From a virus (taxonomy: Duplodnaviria > Caudoviricetes), in IMG/VR virus record IMGVR_UViG_3300032295_001046, positions 1-34,249 of that record: DNA of 34,249 nt; one strand, written 5' to 3'. The position numbers and the translations under genes are program-made. How positions within the stretch are numbered: position 1 is the first letter of the stretch; every line of letters starts with the position of its first letter. Below are positions 1-8,717 of this stretch, piece after piece. A model generated the notes under the pieces. The model saw only the letters and a program-made list of their open reading frames with translations. It did no database searches and was not told the origin of the DNA.

Positions 1-123
1 TCAAAGTCGCAAGTTCCATCAGCGTAGTAAGGAGGCTTTCTAAACTCAGCGACTACCGTTCCGCTCGCATCTCTTATTTGGATTCTATATCTAAAGTTAG
101 TTTGTGTCGTCTGATTTGACGAA
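1..123. repeat. Terminal direct repeat copy 1 (circular-assembly overlap)
   Basis: 1-123 (tcaaagtcgc...tttgacgaa) is identical to 34127-34249. Confidence 0.97.
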
Positions 124-191
124 GCTAAAAAAATAAGAGGGTCAAAACCACTTGAAAACAAATCCGGCTCTTGTATAAAGGTAATACTCAT
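1..191 (-). CDS. 5' part of a tail/virion structural protein spanning the circular junction (full length ~409 aa, continues at 34126->33088)
   Basis: ATG at 191 reads MSITFIQEPDLFSSGFDPLIF... without stops across the junction, in frame with ORF 33088-33939 (126 extra codons); late-promoter motif just upstream. Confidence 0.85.
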   Translation of the reverse strand, partial: MSITFIQEPDLFSSGFDPLIFLASSNQTTQTNFRYRIQIRDASGTVVAEFRKPPYYADGTCDF

Positions 192-197
192 TTGTTA

Positions 198-224
198 TAA
201 TATATTGATTTAAGGCTTAAATAC
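198..224 (-). promoter_or_regulatory. Putative phage late promoter GTA-N14-CAATATATTA
   Basis: Same motif and spacing upstream of five late gene blocks. Confidence 0.7.
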
Positions 225-795
225 CTTGCTTAAAATCGTTTATTACTTTAATCTCTATATCTTGGCCAAGTCCTTGCTGAAGTCTCGTCTCAAGGCGTTT
301 AAAATTAGCCTCATCGAAAGTATCTGAATAGAATCGTGTTCCGTCTATACCTTTCTTTTTGATTGCTTCTGCCATTGACATTGCCATTTGAAAAGTTGTT
401 TGAGTAACTCCGTTTTCGGATTTCTTTGCAGTTAAGCCTTTACGAATGATAAAGTTTTCTAATGACTTAACCATTGACGGAGGCGTTGACATCGTTCTGA
501 ATCTAAAGCCTGACGGATATTCTTTGCTCGTGTAAGTTTGGCTCTTATTCCTTAAACCCTTAACACCTAAGTCAATAAACATATAGTAGTCATTCAAAGT
601 GAATTTGAAGCTTACTGTGTCTTTGCTTACAAATGTCTGTTCAACTTGTATTGATTGAGCCAAGTTAGATTCGCTTTGTTTATGTTTTAGTCTTTGCCTG
701 AGCAGTTGCCTCATGTGTTCAGCACTCTCGTTGCCCCATTCAGTTAAGATTGAAGCTGCTTTATTGACCATCTCTTGTGTTAAGTTTAACGCCAT
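217..795 (-). CDS. Putative neck/tail-completion protein (HK97 gp10-like)
   Basis: 192 aa; SNLAQSI, YYMFIDLGVKG and KKGIDGTRFY resemble gp10-like tail completion proteins; tail-gene context. Confidence 0.55.
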   Translation of the reverse strand: MALNLTQEMVNKAASILTEWGNESAEHMRQLLRQRLKHKQSESNLAQSIQVEQTFVSKDTVSFKFTLNDYYMFIDLGVKGLRNKSQTYTSKEYPSGFRFRTMSTPPSMVKSLENFIIRKGLTAKKSENGVTQTTFQMAMSMAEAIKKKGIDGTRFYSDTFDEANFKRLETRLQQGLGQDIEIKVINDFKQGI

Positions 796-1056
796 TGTTT
801 TTTAGTTTTGCTTTGTTTATCGTTTAAGAACGCTAAGTGATTTAGAAAATCAAATATATTCATTTTGTAAATTGATTGAAATTTAGTGATGTCTCCTTTA
901 GCGAATAACTCATCTATCGTGTTATACCACCCCCACTTATCAAAGAACCAATCTTTTTCTTTAGCTTCATCCACTTCAGTTTGATTAGTCTCTTCTTCAT
1001 TGTTGAATAAAATGCCGTAGTTTTTGACAATGCTAATAAAGTCATTGCAAAAAAAA
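786..1056 (-). CDS. Tail assembly chaperone T segment (-1 frameshift extension of 914-1507)
   Basis: The -1 frame is open from the T9 run (1049-1057) into the ORF listed at 786-974 (KWGWYNTID...FLNHLAF). Confidence 0.7.
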
Positions 1057-1507
1057 ACCCGATAGGATAAGCGATGCGGACATCTAAGTTCTCCTGAAAC
1101 AGTTTCGCTCTTCGATTGAACTCGGTTAAGTTAATGTCCTCACCTTTCTCCTTATAACATAGAGTAGCTAAGATATTGTGTAAGTTAAACACGATGCCTT
1201 CTTTGTCTTTAGTGAAAGTCTGCATTGAAACGAATTGCTCTGTATTCCAATCCGTAGTGTATTGGGTTACAAAGAACTTTTCTCCGTTGACTTCAAACTC
1301 CTTAACCCACTCGTCTGGCATGTCGCCTATTGTCGGGAAAGTTACTGACTCCTGCTCCTTTAAAAAGTCCATCCATGGCATTTGTCTATACTCGTCTACT
1401 GATTTACCAGTTAAAACGCTCATGACATTATAAGAAGTTCTGACATGGTTATCAGGCTCAATGTTTAAAGCTGCGTGAATCTCTTGAAATTTTAGTATTG
1501 TTATCAT
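914..1507 (-). CDS. Tail assembly chaperone G
   Basis: 197 aa acidic protein containing the slippery site GGG TTT TTT TTT (GFFF). Confidence 0.7.
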   Translation of the reverse strand: MITILKFQEIHAALNIEPDNHVRTSYNVMSVLTGKSVDEYRQMPWMDFLKEQESVTFPTIGDMPDEWVKEFEVNGEKFFVTQYTTDWNTEQFVSMQTFTKDKEGIVFNLHNILATLCYKEKGEDINLTEFNRRAKLFQENLDVRIAYPIGFFFAMTLLALSKTTAFYSTMKKRLIKLKWMKLKKKIGSLISGGGITR

Positions 1508-2667
1508 CGTATTGTATAAGTGCCTAATCCCGGCTGTTGTAATATGTTTGTAAATCCGTATCTTAAAGCGTCAATGCTGTGGTTATTAACTGCGATAGGT
1601 TGTCCTGTCGCTTTATTGTTTCTGTCAACTTCCCAAATATAGCCTCTTAACTCTTTTATCAAGTTAGTGCTTCGCTTGGTTACAAGTAGCTTCTGCTGTT
1701 GTATTAACTGAATACCATGCAATATTGAGTCTTTGCCTTTTAATGCACCCATACAAAGTAGGCCATAGCTTTGTAGTTCTGCTATTGACTTCGGTTCTGC
1801 GGAGTCGCATACCGTCATAACTCTAAAGTCTTTTAGCTTGTGGTATATATCTCTATTGCTTAACTCCTTTTGGTAGATTAACTCGTCTAAAATGTAGTAG
1901 TCGTTATACTTGTAGATTCCTATACATGCCGTAGGGTCAACAGAATATCCAAAGTCTAAACCTATTGAAACTAATCTCGCCTCATCGGGTAGATTGTCAA
2001 TAGATTCCCAATTCCCAAAGACCACACCTTGAACAGAACCAATCTGCCCAAGTCCGTAAACCTTCCACCAGTTCTCCCAATATGTTGAAGTTTTAGCTTT
2101 CTCCTGAGCTGCTTCTATATCCTTTACAATGGATTCGCTTAGGCTCTCGTTATCTTTATAGGTTAATACTACTAACTCCGCATCATCGTCTTTTAAAACC
2201 TCGCTATGAGCCCAAAATTCTGTAGTCGGGTTAAAGTCTATCCAAATGTATTTATTTGTTCTTATCGCTAATTGGTGATAAGCCTCAAAGCTTACATTGT
2301 TAGCCTCGTTTATGTAAAGAATGTTTCTTCTCGCTCCCCTTAGTTTAGATTCTTGGTCAGCACTAAAGAACTCAATATAAGAACCATTCTCAAAAGTGTA
2401 AGTTAAAAGGGTTTTATTCCAATAGTCTTCTCGATAGCGTTTAGTCCAATCGAGGATTTTAAGAAAGTCTTTTATTGCACCCCTTCTTAAGTGAGGGATT
2501 GATTCTGAAACGACGCTTATTTCAGTTCTTGGATGTTTAATCGCATAGTCAATTAATACTGGCAATATACCAAAGGTTTTCCCTGCGGATGTCCCGCCCT
2601 GAATAACTCGCTTTCGCTTAGTTAATTTTAGTAGTTTGTTTATTGATGTCGTCCTTATAAAACTCAT
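1504..2667 (-). CDS. terL: Terminase large subunit (PBSX/Terminase_3 type)
   Basis: Walker A GGTSAGKT, LYINEAN Walker B, DFNP motif, nuclease motifs GLDFGY..DP, DSAEPKSI, NHSIDALRY. Confidence 0.95.
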   Translation of the reverse strand: MSFIRTTSINKLLKLTKRKRVIQGGTSAGKTFGILPVLIDYAIKHPRTEISVVSESIPHLRRGAIKDFLKILDWTKRYREDYWNKTLLTYTFENGSYIEFFSADQESKLRGARRNILYINEANNVSFEAYHQLAIRTNKYIWIDFNPTTEFWAHSEVLKDDDAELVVLTYKDNESLSESIVKDIEAAQEKAKTSTYWENWWKVYGLGQIGSVQGVVFGNWESIDNLPDEARLVSIGLDFGYSVDPTACIGIYKYNDYYILDELIYQKELSNRDIYHKLKDFRVMTVCDSAEPKSIAELQSYGLLCMGALKGKDSILHGIQLIQQQKLLVTKRSTNLIKELRGYIWEVDRNNKATGQPIAVNNHSIDALRYGFTNILQQPGLGTYTIR

Positions 2668-3077
2668 TCATTATTGTCTGGGAATAAAGGCTGAGTGATG
2701 TTAACTGTATTGTCGACCTTTTCAACTAATCCATTGAGACGCTGTGTGATAGATGGGTTATAAAGCCCAGCCATGCCACCTTGTATTTGGTCTTCTCTGA
2801 TTTCTTTTTTTATCGCACGACAGATAGGTACAAATTCTGGATATCTTTCTTCTATATTCTTAAAATATTGCTCAACACATCCCACTCTTTTATAGCAATA
2901 ATTTTCAAATCCTTCTAAAGTCAAAGGCTTTTCTTTTTCTCTGTATACGCTTTTGCCATCCTTACCTACATAGTCATGAATCAAAAAGGGATTTGACTTA
3001 ATATGGTCTTTATATGCTTCGAATAGCTCAAGCATTTGTTCAGGTGATTCTATATTTCTTGGTCTACCTCTTTCCAT
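2664..3077 (-). CDS. terS: Terminase small subunit (P22 gp3-like DNA packaging protein)
   Basis: GRPR..ESPEQM, PLTLEGF, GLYNPSITQRLNGL motifs; directly upstream of terL. Confidence 0.85.
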   Translation of the reverse strand: MERGRPRNIESPEQMLELFEAYKDHIKSNPFLIHDYVGKDGKSVYREKEKPLTLEGFENYCYKRVGCVEQYFKNIEERYPEFVPICRAIKKEIREDQIQGGMAGLYNPSITQRLNGLVEKVDNTVNITQPLFPDNNE

Positions 3078-3103
3078 TATTTTTTATCCTTTTTAATTTT
3101 ATC

Positions 3104-3135
3104 CAAATATACAAAAAAAGTCTCTACATTCAAAG
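3104..3135 (-). promoter_or_regulatory. Bacteroidota sigma-A type promoter TTTG-N20-TATATTTG upstream of terS
   Basis: Exact match to the Bacteroidota -33/-7 consensus in an intergenic region. Confidence 0.65.
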
Positions 3136-3227
3136 TGTTATTACTCTCTCTAAAGTTCAAAAAGTCTTCAAGAGTGAAATGCTTAACCCTTGTTATTGAA
3201 GAGTAGTGAGTCTCTCTCTGCTCAATG

Positions 3228-3503
3228 TTATTGTCTGTCATTCTTTTTGGCTTCATCGATTTGCTGATTATATCTAATTATCATGTCTTTGAACTCGTCG
3301 TATGTTAGCATACTTATGAACTCCATACCTCCACTATAAAAGCTTGTATATTCTAAACCATCGTAGTCTATGTACTTACCAAAGGAATCAATAGACATAA
3401 ATACTCGTGGGGTTATGTCGCAATCTTTCATGAAATAGCCTTCGCCTTCGTCTTCGGAGTCTATTTGGTTATTAGTTAATTGGAATACATCAAGTTCTAA
3501 CAT
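3228..3503 (-). CDS. Hypothetical protein
   Basis: 91-aa acidic ORF translationally coupled to the upstream gene. Confidence 0.7.
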   Translation of the reverse strand: MLELDVFQLTNNQIDSEDEGEGYFMKDCDITPRVFMSIDSFGKYIDYDGLEYTSFYSGGMEFISMLTYDEFKDMIIRYNQQIDEAKKNDRQ

Positions 3504-4537
3504 TAGTAAATTTCTTTAGTTAAGTAGTCAATTCTCTTATTGTGTACACGATAGTTTCCATTCTCGTTTATTTCAATCATTGCAAAGCCCTGATTATGTT
3601 TTGTGTTAAATGGGTCATAATTTGGGGCTAACTCACAAAGACACCCTGTTGAATAGGTAGTTATTAGTTCATGATTTAAAATGCTCTCAGAATGCTCAGA
3701 AGTTGTGTGGCAATGTCCTATAAGCATTGAACTCTTAATCTTCATGTAAACGCCTCTCGCTGGGTTAACTGGGCTAAATATCCCTCTCACTATCATGTGT
3801 CCATGAGTCATCGGTAACTTTCCAGCCATTAAGATGATATTTTGGTCATGCCAAATGATTTTCTTTTCTCTTAATTTAAGCCTTGAACTAAGCGTGTAAT
3901 ATTCGTCATGAAACAAAGCAGGGGCTTTTTTCATTAAATAGCGTTTGTACCAGTTGTCGTGATTCCCTTCAATCCAATGAATAGGACAGTCGAACTTTTC
4001 AATCAACATGTCAAGGAATCCGTCTACCATGTCAAACCACTCTCGCACCTCTGAATATAACGGAGGCGGGGCATCGTGTGAAGTAAATGGCTCATTGTCT
4101 AAAATATCCCCTCCTAAAACTATGCAATCAATGTGATGGTCTAACCCGTACTGCAAAGCAGCCGTTAATGCTTCATTGTCTTGATTTGGGAAATGTATGT
4201 CAGATAACCAAAGAACCCTTTTAGCATTTTCAATCTTTACGAATTGACGAATGTTTGCTTTTGACTCAGGCAAACCAAAAGGATTCTCTCTTGTAAATAG
4301 GGTTTGTCTTTTTATTGGATTAGCTGAGTTCTTATTTACAGTTTGAGTTCCTGAATGATATCTTAAAGCACTTCGACAAGACGCTTGAGTTTTAAAGAGA
4401 GTTGGATGCCTTTCAAATAGTAGCTGTGATATAGCATTTATACTCATGTCAGCATACTGCTCTAAAAATTCCCTTGCGATTCTGCCTTGTTTACTTAGTT
4501 GTTTGGCCATTGCTTTCTTTTGGTTTGGGCGTATCAT
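3503..4537 (-). CDS. Calcineurin-like metallophosphoesterase with N-terminal extension (start possibly at MAKQL, ~4510)
   Basis: SDIH, GGDILD, EGNHD, THGH and GHCH metal-binding motifs. Confidence 0.9.
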   Translation of the reverse strand: MIRPNQKKAMAKQLSKQGRIAREFLEQYADMSINAISQLLFERHPTLFKTQASCRSALRYHSGTQTVNKNSANPIKRQTLFTRENPFGLPESKANIRQFVKIENAKRVLWLSDIHFPNQDNEALTAALQYGLDHHIDCIVLGGDILDNEPFTSHDAPPPLYSEVREWFDMVDGFLDMLIEKFDCPIHWIEGNHDNWYKRYLMKKAPALFHDEYYTLSSRLKLREKKIIWHDQNIILMAGKLPMTHGHMIVRGIFSPVNPARGVYMKIKSSMLIGHCHTTSEHSESILNHELITTYSTGCLCELAPNYDPFNTKHNQGFAMIEINENGNYRVHNKRIDYLTKEIY

Positions 4538-4586
4538 CTGTCGCTCTTGTGCCTTTCGGCCTTATTCGAATGATGATAGTTGCCAC
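4491..4586 (-). CDS. Possible 31-aa peptide (VATIIIRIRPKG...)
   Basis: GTG start just after a late-promoter motif; fills an intergenic gap. Confidence 0.3.
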   Translation of the reverse strand: MATIIIRIRPKGTRATDDTPKPKESNGQTTK

Positions 4587-4591
4587 ATAAT

Positions 4592-4618
4592 TAATATATT
4601 GTTTTAGGCTTAAAAAAC
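4592..4618 (-). promoter_or_regulatory. Putative late promoter variant GTT-N14-CAATATATTA
   Basis: Same core and spacing as the other copies, with one mismatch in the upstream triplet. Confidence 0.55.
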
Positions 4619-5187
4619 TAAGCCAGTCTTTTTATAATTGCTTGAATTTGGAACTCACCATCTCCATGCTCTTCGGGTTTATCGTGGTTTGTACAACTGT
4701 CATGGATGTCCATAGCTACAAGCTCCCATTGGTATTGCTTACAGCCTACTTCAATTAAGTGCATTAAGCTCTTTGTGTCTGGCTCTTCTTCTGTGTCAGG
4801 TAAAATGAAGAACTTATGGTCAAGATTCCATTTGCTTGGGAGTGTCTTTTTACGCTCGTATAAATCCCTATGTGGAACACAAATAATCAAATGACCACCA
4901 GGCTTTAGGATTCTCATCCAATTCATGATAGCAATAATAGGTCTATCCAAATGTTCCAATAGATGAGAGTTGTAAACTGTGTCGTAAGTCTTATCGGCTA
5001 CAGATTCCATAAGTTCAGCATTTCCATTATCCTTGTCCCATGTGTCGCACCAATCTGTTAATGGGTCTGAGCCATCCCATGTGTCTATTCGACCTACTCC
5101 GATGTCAATAACCTTTCTATCGTTTACATACTTCTCAAAGAATCCCTCTTTGATTCGTCGTGCTTTCGCTTTGCTTGTTTCTGCCAT
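4618..5187 (-). CDS. Class I SAM-dependent methyltransferase (small-molecule/glycan type)
   Basis: VIDIGVG motif I; YDTVYNSHLLEHL; RILKPGGHLII. Confidence 0.9.
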   Translation of the reverse strand: MAETSKAKARRIKEGFFEKYVNDRKVIDIGVGRIDTWDGSDPLTDWCDTWDKDNGNAELMESVADKTYDTVYNSHLLEHLDRPIIAIMNWMRILKPGGHLIICVPHRDLYERKKTLPSKWNLDHKFFILPDTEEEPDTKSLMHLIEVGCKQYQWELVAMDIHDSCTNHDKPEEHGDGEFQIQAIIKRLA

Positions 5188-5192
5188 AATTT

Positions 5193-5960
5193 TTATTTTA
5201 AAATTGATACTAAAATTCGTTTAAATTGGTCGTTTGTGTGGAATGTATACCACTCGCCACCCTGAGGGATGACATTGGGAGCTAAAATATACTGTTCTAA
5301 AACTCTTTTCACTTTGAGTTGTTCAGCTATTGCAAATGCCATTGATTGACCACCGATGAATAGTTTGCACCCTGCTATGTATTGAGCCATCTCATAGGCG
5401 TCTTTAACAGGCAAATGTTTAATCTTATCTGAATGAATAGCCATTCTTTTAAACTCTTTTTCAAGTCCAATAAAATAGACATTCTCATACCTATCTAAAA
5501 AGGTGTAGTCTATAAATATGTTATTGTAGCGAGTTGTTCTGTTTACTAAAATGTAATCTGTTTTGATTGGCTCAACCAATAAACATTGTTCACTCAAATT
5601 AGGCCTTAATTCAGGGTATGAATTAGCAATCCAGTTTTGAATATTACCTGCGGATAGGTTGTAGTAGTCTTTCCTAAATCTATCTAAATCAAAGTAGTAC
5701 ATTGGCTTTGCCTCAGTTACTAAGTTAACTTGGTTTATATAGTCTTGAGCTTCTAACAATGGCTTTAAGAAATTGGCCATGCTTTCATTCATCATGACAG
5801 TTCCCAAAGGGTGTGTTTCATCTGTAAATCCTGACGGCTGATTAAGTAATAAATCAAAGTTGTAAGCTATATTATTTTTTATGGCGTGGTCTCTAAGCGA
5901 AGACAAGCTGTAAATGATGTCCCCTGCATTGCCACTGTGTTTTATAATTTTATTTTCCAT
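5193..5960 (-). CDS. Glycosyltransferase, GT9/heptosyltransferase-like
   Basis: N-terminal GNAGDII; C-terminal IAGCKLFIGGQSMAFAIAEQL resembles the GT9 donor-binding signature. Confidence 0.7.
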   Translation of the reverse strand: MENKIIKHSGNAGDIIYSLSSLRDHAIKNNIAYNFDLLLNQPSGFTDETHPLGTVMMNESMANFLKPLLEAQDYINQVNLVTEAKPMYYFDLDRFRKDYYNLSAGNIQNWIANSYPELRPNLSEQCLLVEPIKTDYILVNRTTRYNNIFIDYTFLDRYENVYFIGLEKEFKRMAIHSDKIKHLPVKDAYEMAQYIAGCKLFIGGQSMAFAIAEQLKVKRVLEQYILAPNVIPQGGEWYTFHTNDQFKRILVSILK

Positions 5961-6186
5961 ATTGTGAGTATAAATTGTCTAATTGCCCGAATAAAGCCTT
6001 TGCCCATGCTATCCCATCGCACCCCATACAAGTAGGCAAATTAACTTGAATGCCTAAATCCCTATTTAATGTCTCTGCTATCGTTACATCATTATCATTG
6101 AATACCTTGAATCGATGCTCAATAGTTAATCTATAACGACTTATAGTGTCTTTTAAAAGCTCGTATTGTGTTTGGGTTAGCTCCAT
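5950..6186 (-). CDS. Small hypothetical protein with CxxC
   Basis: 78 aa, TCMGC; overlaps both neighbours. Confidence 0.65.
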   Translation of the reverse strand: MELTQTQYELLKDTISRYRLTIEHRFKVFNDNDVTIAETLNRDLGIQVNLPTCMGCDGIAWAKALFGQLDNLYSQYGK

Positions 6187-6422
6187 AGGTAACGGCTTAC
6201 TATTTTAGTGATTAAAAAAGGGATAAATATTAAAAGATAGTCTTGTTCTGCTAATGCTATAAACAAACCAGTCCAAAATGAAATACATGGAGGGCAACTA
6301 AAAGGCTTTTTTAGTTGGTAGTTAGTTCCGTCAATAGTATTTAATCTATCCAAAATGTACTGCGATAACTGATTGAGGCCAAAAGCAAAGCCACTAATCC
6401 ATAAGCTTAACAATAGAGTCAT
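6177..6422 (-). CDS. Small membrane protein, DUF1360-like
   Basis: Hydrophobic segments and KPFSCPPCISFW motif. Confidence 0.65.
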   Translation of the reverse strand: MTLLLSLWISGFAFGLNQLSQYILDRLNTIDGTNYQLKKPFSCPPCISFWTGLFIALAEQDYLLIFIPFLITKIVSRYLWS

Positions 6423-7419
6423 ATCTTAATTTATTTAGTTTATTAATGTCGTATTCTTGGCGTACATATTCGCCTAACTGCTTACCAAGTTTAACCCCTT
6501 TTGATGGGTTGCTGATTAATTCTCTCATTTTGCCGTCCCAATTACCTTCTGAGACGATAACTAAGTCTTTGTCTATGAAGTCATCGTATACGATTGAGTT
6601 AGATACTATAATTGGCAAATTGAACGCCCCTGCTTCAAGCACTTTAAGTGATGATTTACAATTCGAATAGGTGTCGTTAATCAAAGGTGCTAAAGCACAG
6701 TCTAATAAATTGTACATTATGGCATAGTTTCTAACATCTAAACTTTCTACCCTAATATATTGGTCAGGTTTTCGAGTAAAGTTAGTTGTGAATATCTGCT
6801 CAATATAGCTCCAATAGTCCTTTGATTCCTCAGTATAACCACCTAAAAGCAATTTGTGATTCTTATTTTTGAGTAGTTTACTAAAAGGGATGTTTAGCTT
6901 TTCAATATCTTTGTGGTGATTTGCAGCCCCTACCCATCCGATAGTATATTTGTCTTGTTTTTTTCTTTGCAGTTGGAACTGAGGCTGTGTAAAATCTATT
7001 CCGTTCTCTATACAAATAACCTCTGTGTCGGTTAGCTTTTGGATTTCATCTTTTAAGACTGGCGACGCTGTCCATATTAAATCCGCATAGTCTATTGATT
7101 CAAGTATTCTTTTCTTTATTAAAGGTTGTCTAATATCTTTAGAGCCACTATGCCATGATGGAATTTCAATCCAGTCGTCTAAATCTAAAATGATTTTTAC
7201 TTTGTAATCTTTAGCCTTTTTTAAATAGTCTTCGTCGTGTTTATAATGGCGATTTAAAACAATGACATCAAAGTTTTTTGGGTGCATCTCTTTAGTAAAT
7301 CCATTAGTCCCAGTGATTTCTAAATCCTTATGAGTTTGGTTTAGATTGCCAAAAGGGATTTGTAAGCGATGATAACCAACGCCCGACTGAAGTTCGTTTA
7401 TAAAGCAGAGTTTAACCAT
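6394..7419 (-). CDS. Glycosyltransferase, GT-B/GT4-like
   Basis: SGVGYHRL, LDLDD, IGWVGA..H.KD, LAPL...CKSSLKVLEAGAFNLPIIVS. Confidence 0.9.
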   Translation of the reverse strand: MVKLCFINELQSGVGYHRLQIPFGNLNQTHKDLEITGTNGFTKEMHPKNFDVIVLNRHYKHDEDYLKKAKDYKVKIILDLDDWIEIPSWHSGSKDIRQPLIKKRILESIDYADLIWTASPVLKDEIQKLTDTEVICIENGIDFTQPQFQLQRKKQDKYTIGWVGAANHHKDIEKLNIPFSKLLKNKNHKLLLGGYTEESKDYWSYIEQIFTTNFTRKPDQYIRVESLDVRNYAIMYNLLDCALAPLINDTYSNCKSSLKVLEAGAFNLPIIVSNSIVYDDFIDKDLVIVSEGNWDGKMRELISNPSKGVKLGKQLGEYVRQEYDINKLNKLRYDSIVKLMD

Positions 7420-7925
7420 TCTTTTAAATTTAGTCTATATTCATTTAAAGCGTGTCTAACGCTTGTATAAGGGATGCCAATTTCTCGGCTTAGTTGCTTT
7501 GTATTTTTGCCTGATTCAATCAATTCGTAAAGCAATCGAGAGTGATAAAAGTATTTATTCGTTTGCTCTCTCATGTCCTCTTTGATTCGGTTTATAATTA
7601 ATGTCAAATTTATTGGACTGTCTTCGATTATCTCGTCAACTAATTCTATAAACTCATCAGTAAATATAAGTTCCTCTCTATTGCAGTAAAGCTTTCTAAA
7701 CTTTGTCCAATTCTTTGGGCTTGTTTGGTAGCGTGCTGTTTGTATGGCATAAGGCAATAAGTAGTCGCTATCTATTATCTGTTGCTTTTTCTCGTCGCTA
7801 AGTTCTAATAGTATGGTCATGACCTCTGACTTTAAGTCCTCGTGGTTAGCGTGTCCATACCTTCTGCACATATCGTTAAATAGTTTGTTATTATACAAGT
7901 TCGTTATGTGCTGATTGAAAGTCAT
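7398..7925 (-). CDS. Phage sigma-70-like factor / late transcriptional regulator
   Basis: Region-2-like EDLKSEVMTILL and C-terminal HTH TKQLSREIGIPYTSVRHAL; sits at the replication/late boundary. Confidence 0.65.
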   Translation of the reverse strand: MTFNQHITNLYNNKLFNDMCRRYGHANHEDLKSEVMTILLELSDEKKQQIIDSDYLLPYAIQTARYQTSPKNWTKFRKLYCNREELIFTDEFIELVDEIIEDSPINLTLIINRIKEDMREQTNKYFYHSRLLYELIESGKNTKQLSREIGIPYTSVRHALNEYRLNLKEWLNSAL

Positions 7926-8128
7926 TCAAGATGAGTATATAACTCCTTTGGGATTCCTGCCGTACTAACTGCATACTTTATAGAATCCAATGGCACTATG
8001 GCTTCAATAATGCCATCAGACCCTACAAATTGATAAATTACATAATCCTCTTTAACGATGCGAGCAGATGCCCCATGCTTGTGAACGAGCAAGTCATTAA
8101 AGTAGTCTATGTTTTTTATTAAATCCAT
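7922..8128 (-). CDS. Hypothetical protein
   Basis: 68-aa ORF after a -7 element, coupled to the sigma-like gene. Confidence 0.6.
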   Translation of the reverse strand: MDLIKNIDYFNDLLVHKHGASARIVKEDYVIYQFVGSDGIIEAIVPLDSIKYAVSTAGIPKELYTHLE

Positions 8129-8137
8129 TAATTAAAA

Positions 8138-8145
8138 CAAATTTA
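8138..8145 (-). promoter_or_regulatory. Bacteroidota -7 element TAAATTTG upstream of the sigma-like operon
   Basis: TAnnTTTG in a 50-bp intergenic gap; -33 element not convincing. Confidence 0.45.
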
Positions 8146-8177
8146 CAATTTTGTTTGCTTGTGTTTTCAACATACTT

Positions 8178-8717
8178 TTAAACATTGTCTTTTTCAATAG
8201 ACTTTATCTTTGCTCTGTAAACTTGCTTTAATTCGTTTATCTCATCAACAGAAAGCTTTAAAGGAATATGTCTTGATGATTCTAAAGCCTCGACCCTTTC
8301 GACTCCAATCTTTTCTAAAAGCCAAAATCTATAAGCGTGGTAGTTCCCTGACTTGTTTACATTGCAATAGTTTGAACACTGTTTGTGTACATTGTCCTCG
8401 TTGAATCTAAGTGCTGGGCTTTCGCTTACTGCGATATAATGGCCAGCGTCAAACTTTACATTTGCTTTAGTCCGACAGCTTATACATGGCTCTTCAGCGT
8501 CTCGAAGTCTGATATATTTATTGAATATTACTTGCAGTTCTTTTAAGTGCTGAGACTTAGTTTTTAGTTTCTCCTTAGTTTCGGCTTTCTTTTTCTTGTT
8601 CTCTTTGTGCATTACTCCACGAGAGTAGTGTAACCCACACACATAAGAGCATACCACCTGAAGCGGTTTAGTAGGCTCGAATGATTCCTTACATACTTTA
8701 CATTTTTTTTCTTTCAT
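8178..8717 (-). CDS. ninG: NinG/Rap-like recombination endonuclease
   Basis: CKVC..QVVCSYVC, FNKYIRLRD..PCISC, DAGHY, LRFNEDNVHKQC..CN. Confidence 0.9.
   Translation of the reverse strand: MKEKKCKVCKESFEPTKPLQVVCSYVCGLHYSRGVMHKENKKKKAETKEKLKTKSQHLKELQVIFNKYIRLRDAEEPCISCRTKANVKFDAGHYIAVSESPALRFNEDNVHKQCSNYCNVNKSGNYHAYRFWLLEKIGVERVEALESSRHIPLKLSVDEINELKQVYRAKIKSIEKDNV

Noticed and set aside
1-123. Biological terminal repeat or att site
   Set aside because: It lies mid-gene and is an exact overlap typical of circular assembly; physical ends cannot be inferred from it.
3112-3227. pac/cos site or ncRNA upstream of terS (CTCT-rich intergenic DNA)
   Set aside because: The position is plausible, but no convincing repeat or structure was found beyond the promoter.
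6753-6762. Sixth copy of the CAATATATTA core
   Set aside because: Inside the GT4 coding sequence, lacks the GTA element and has no adjacent start codon; probably chance.
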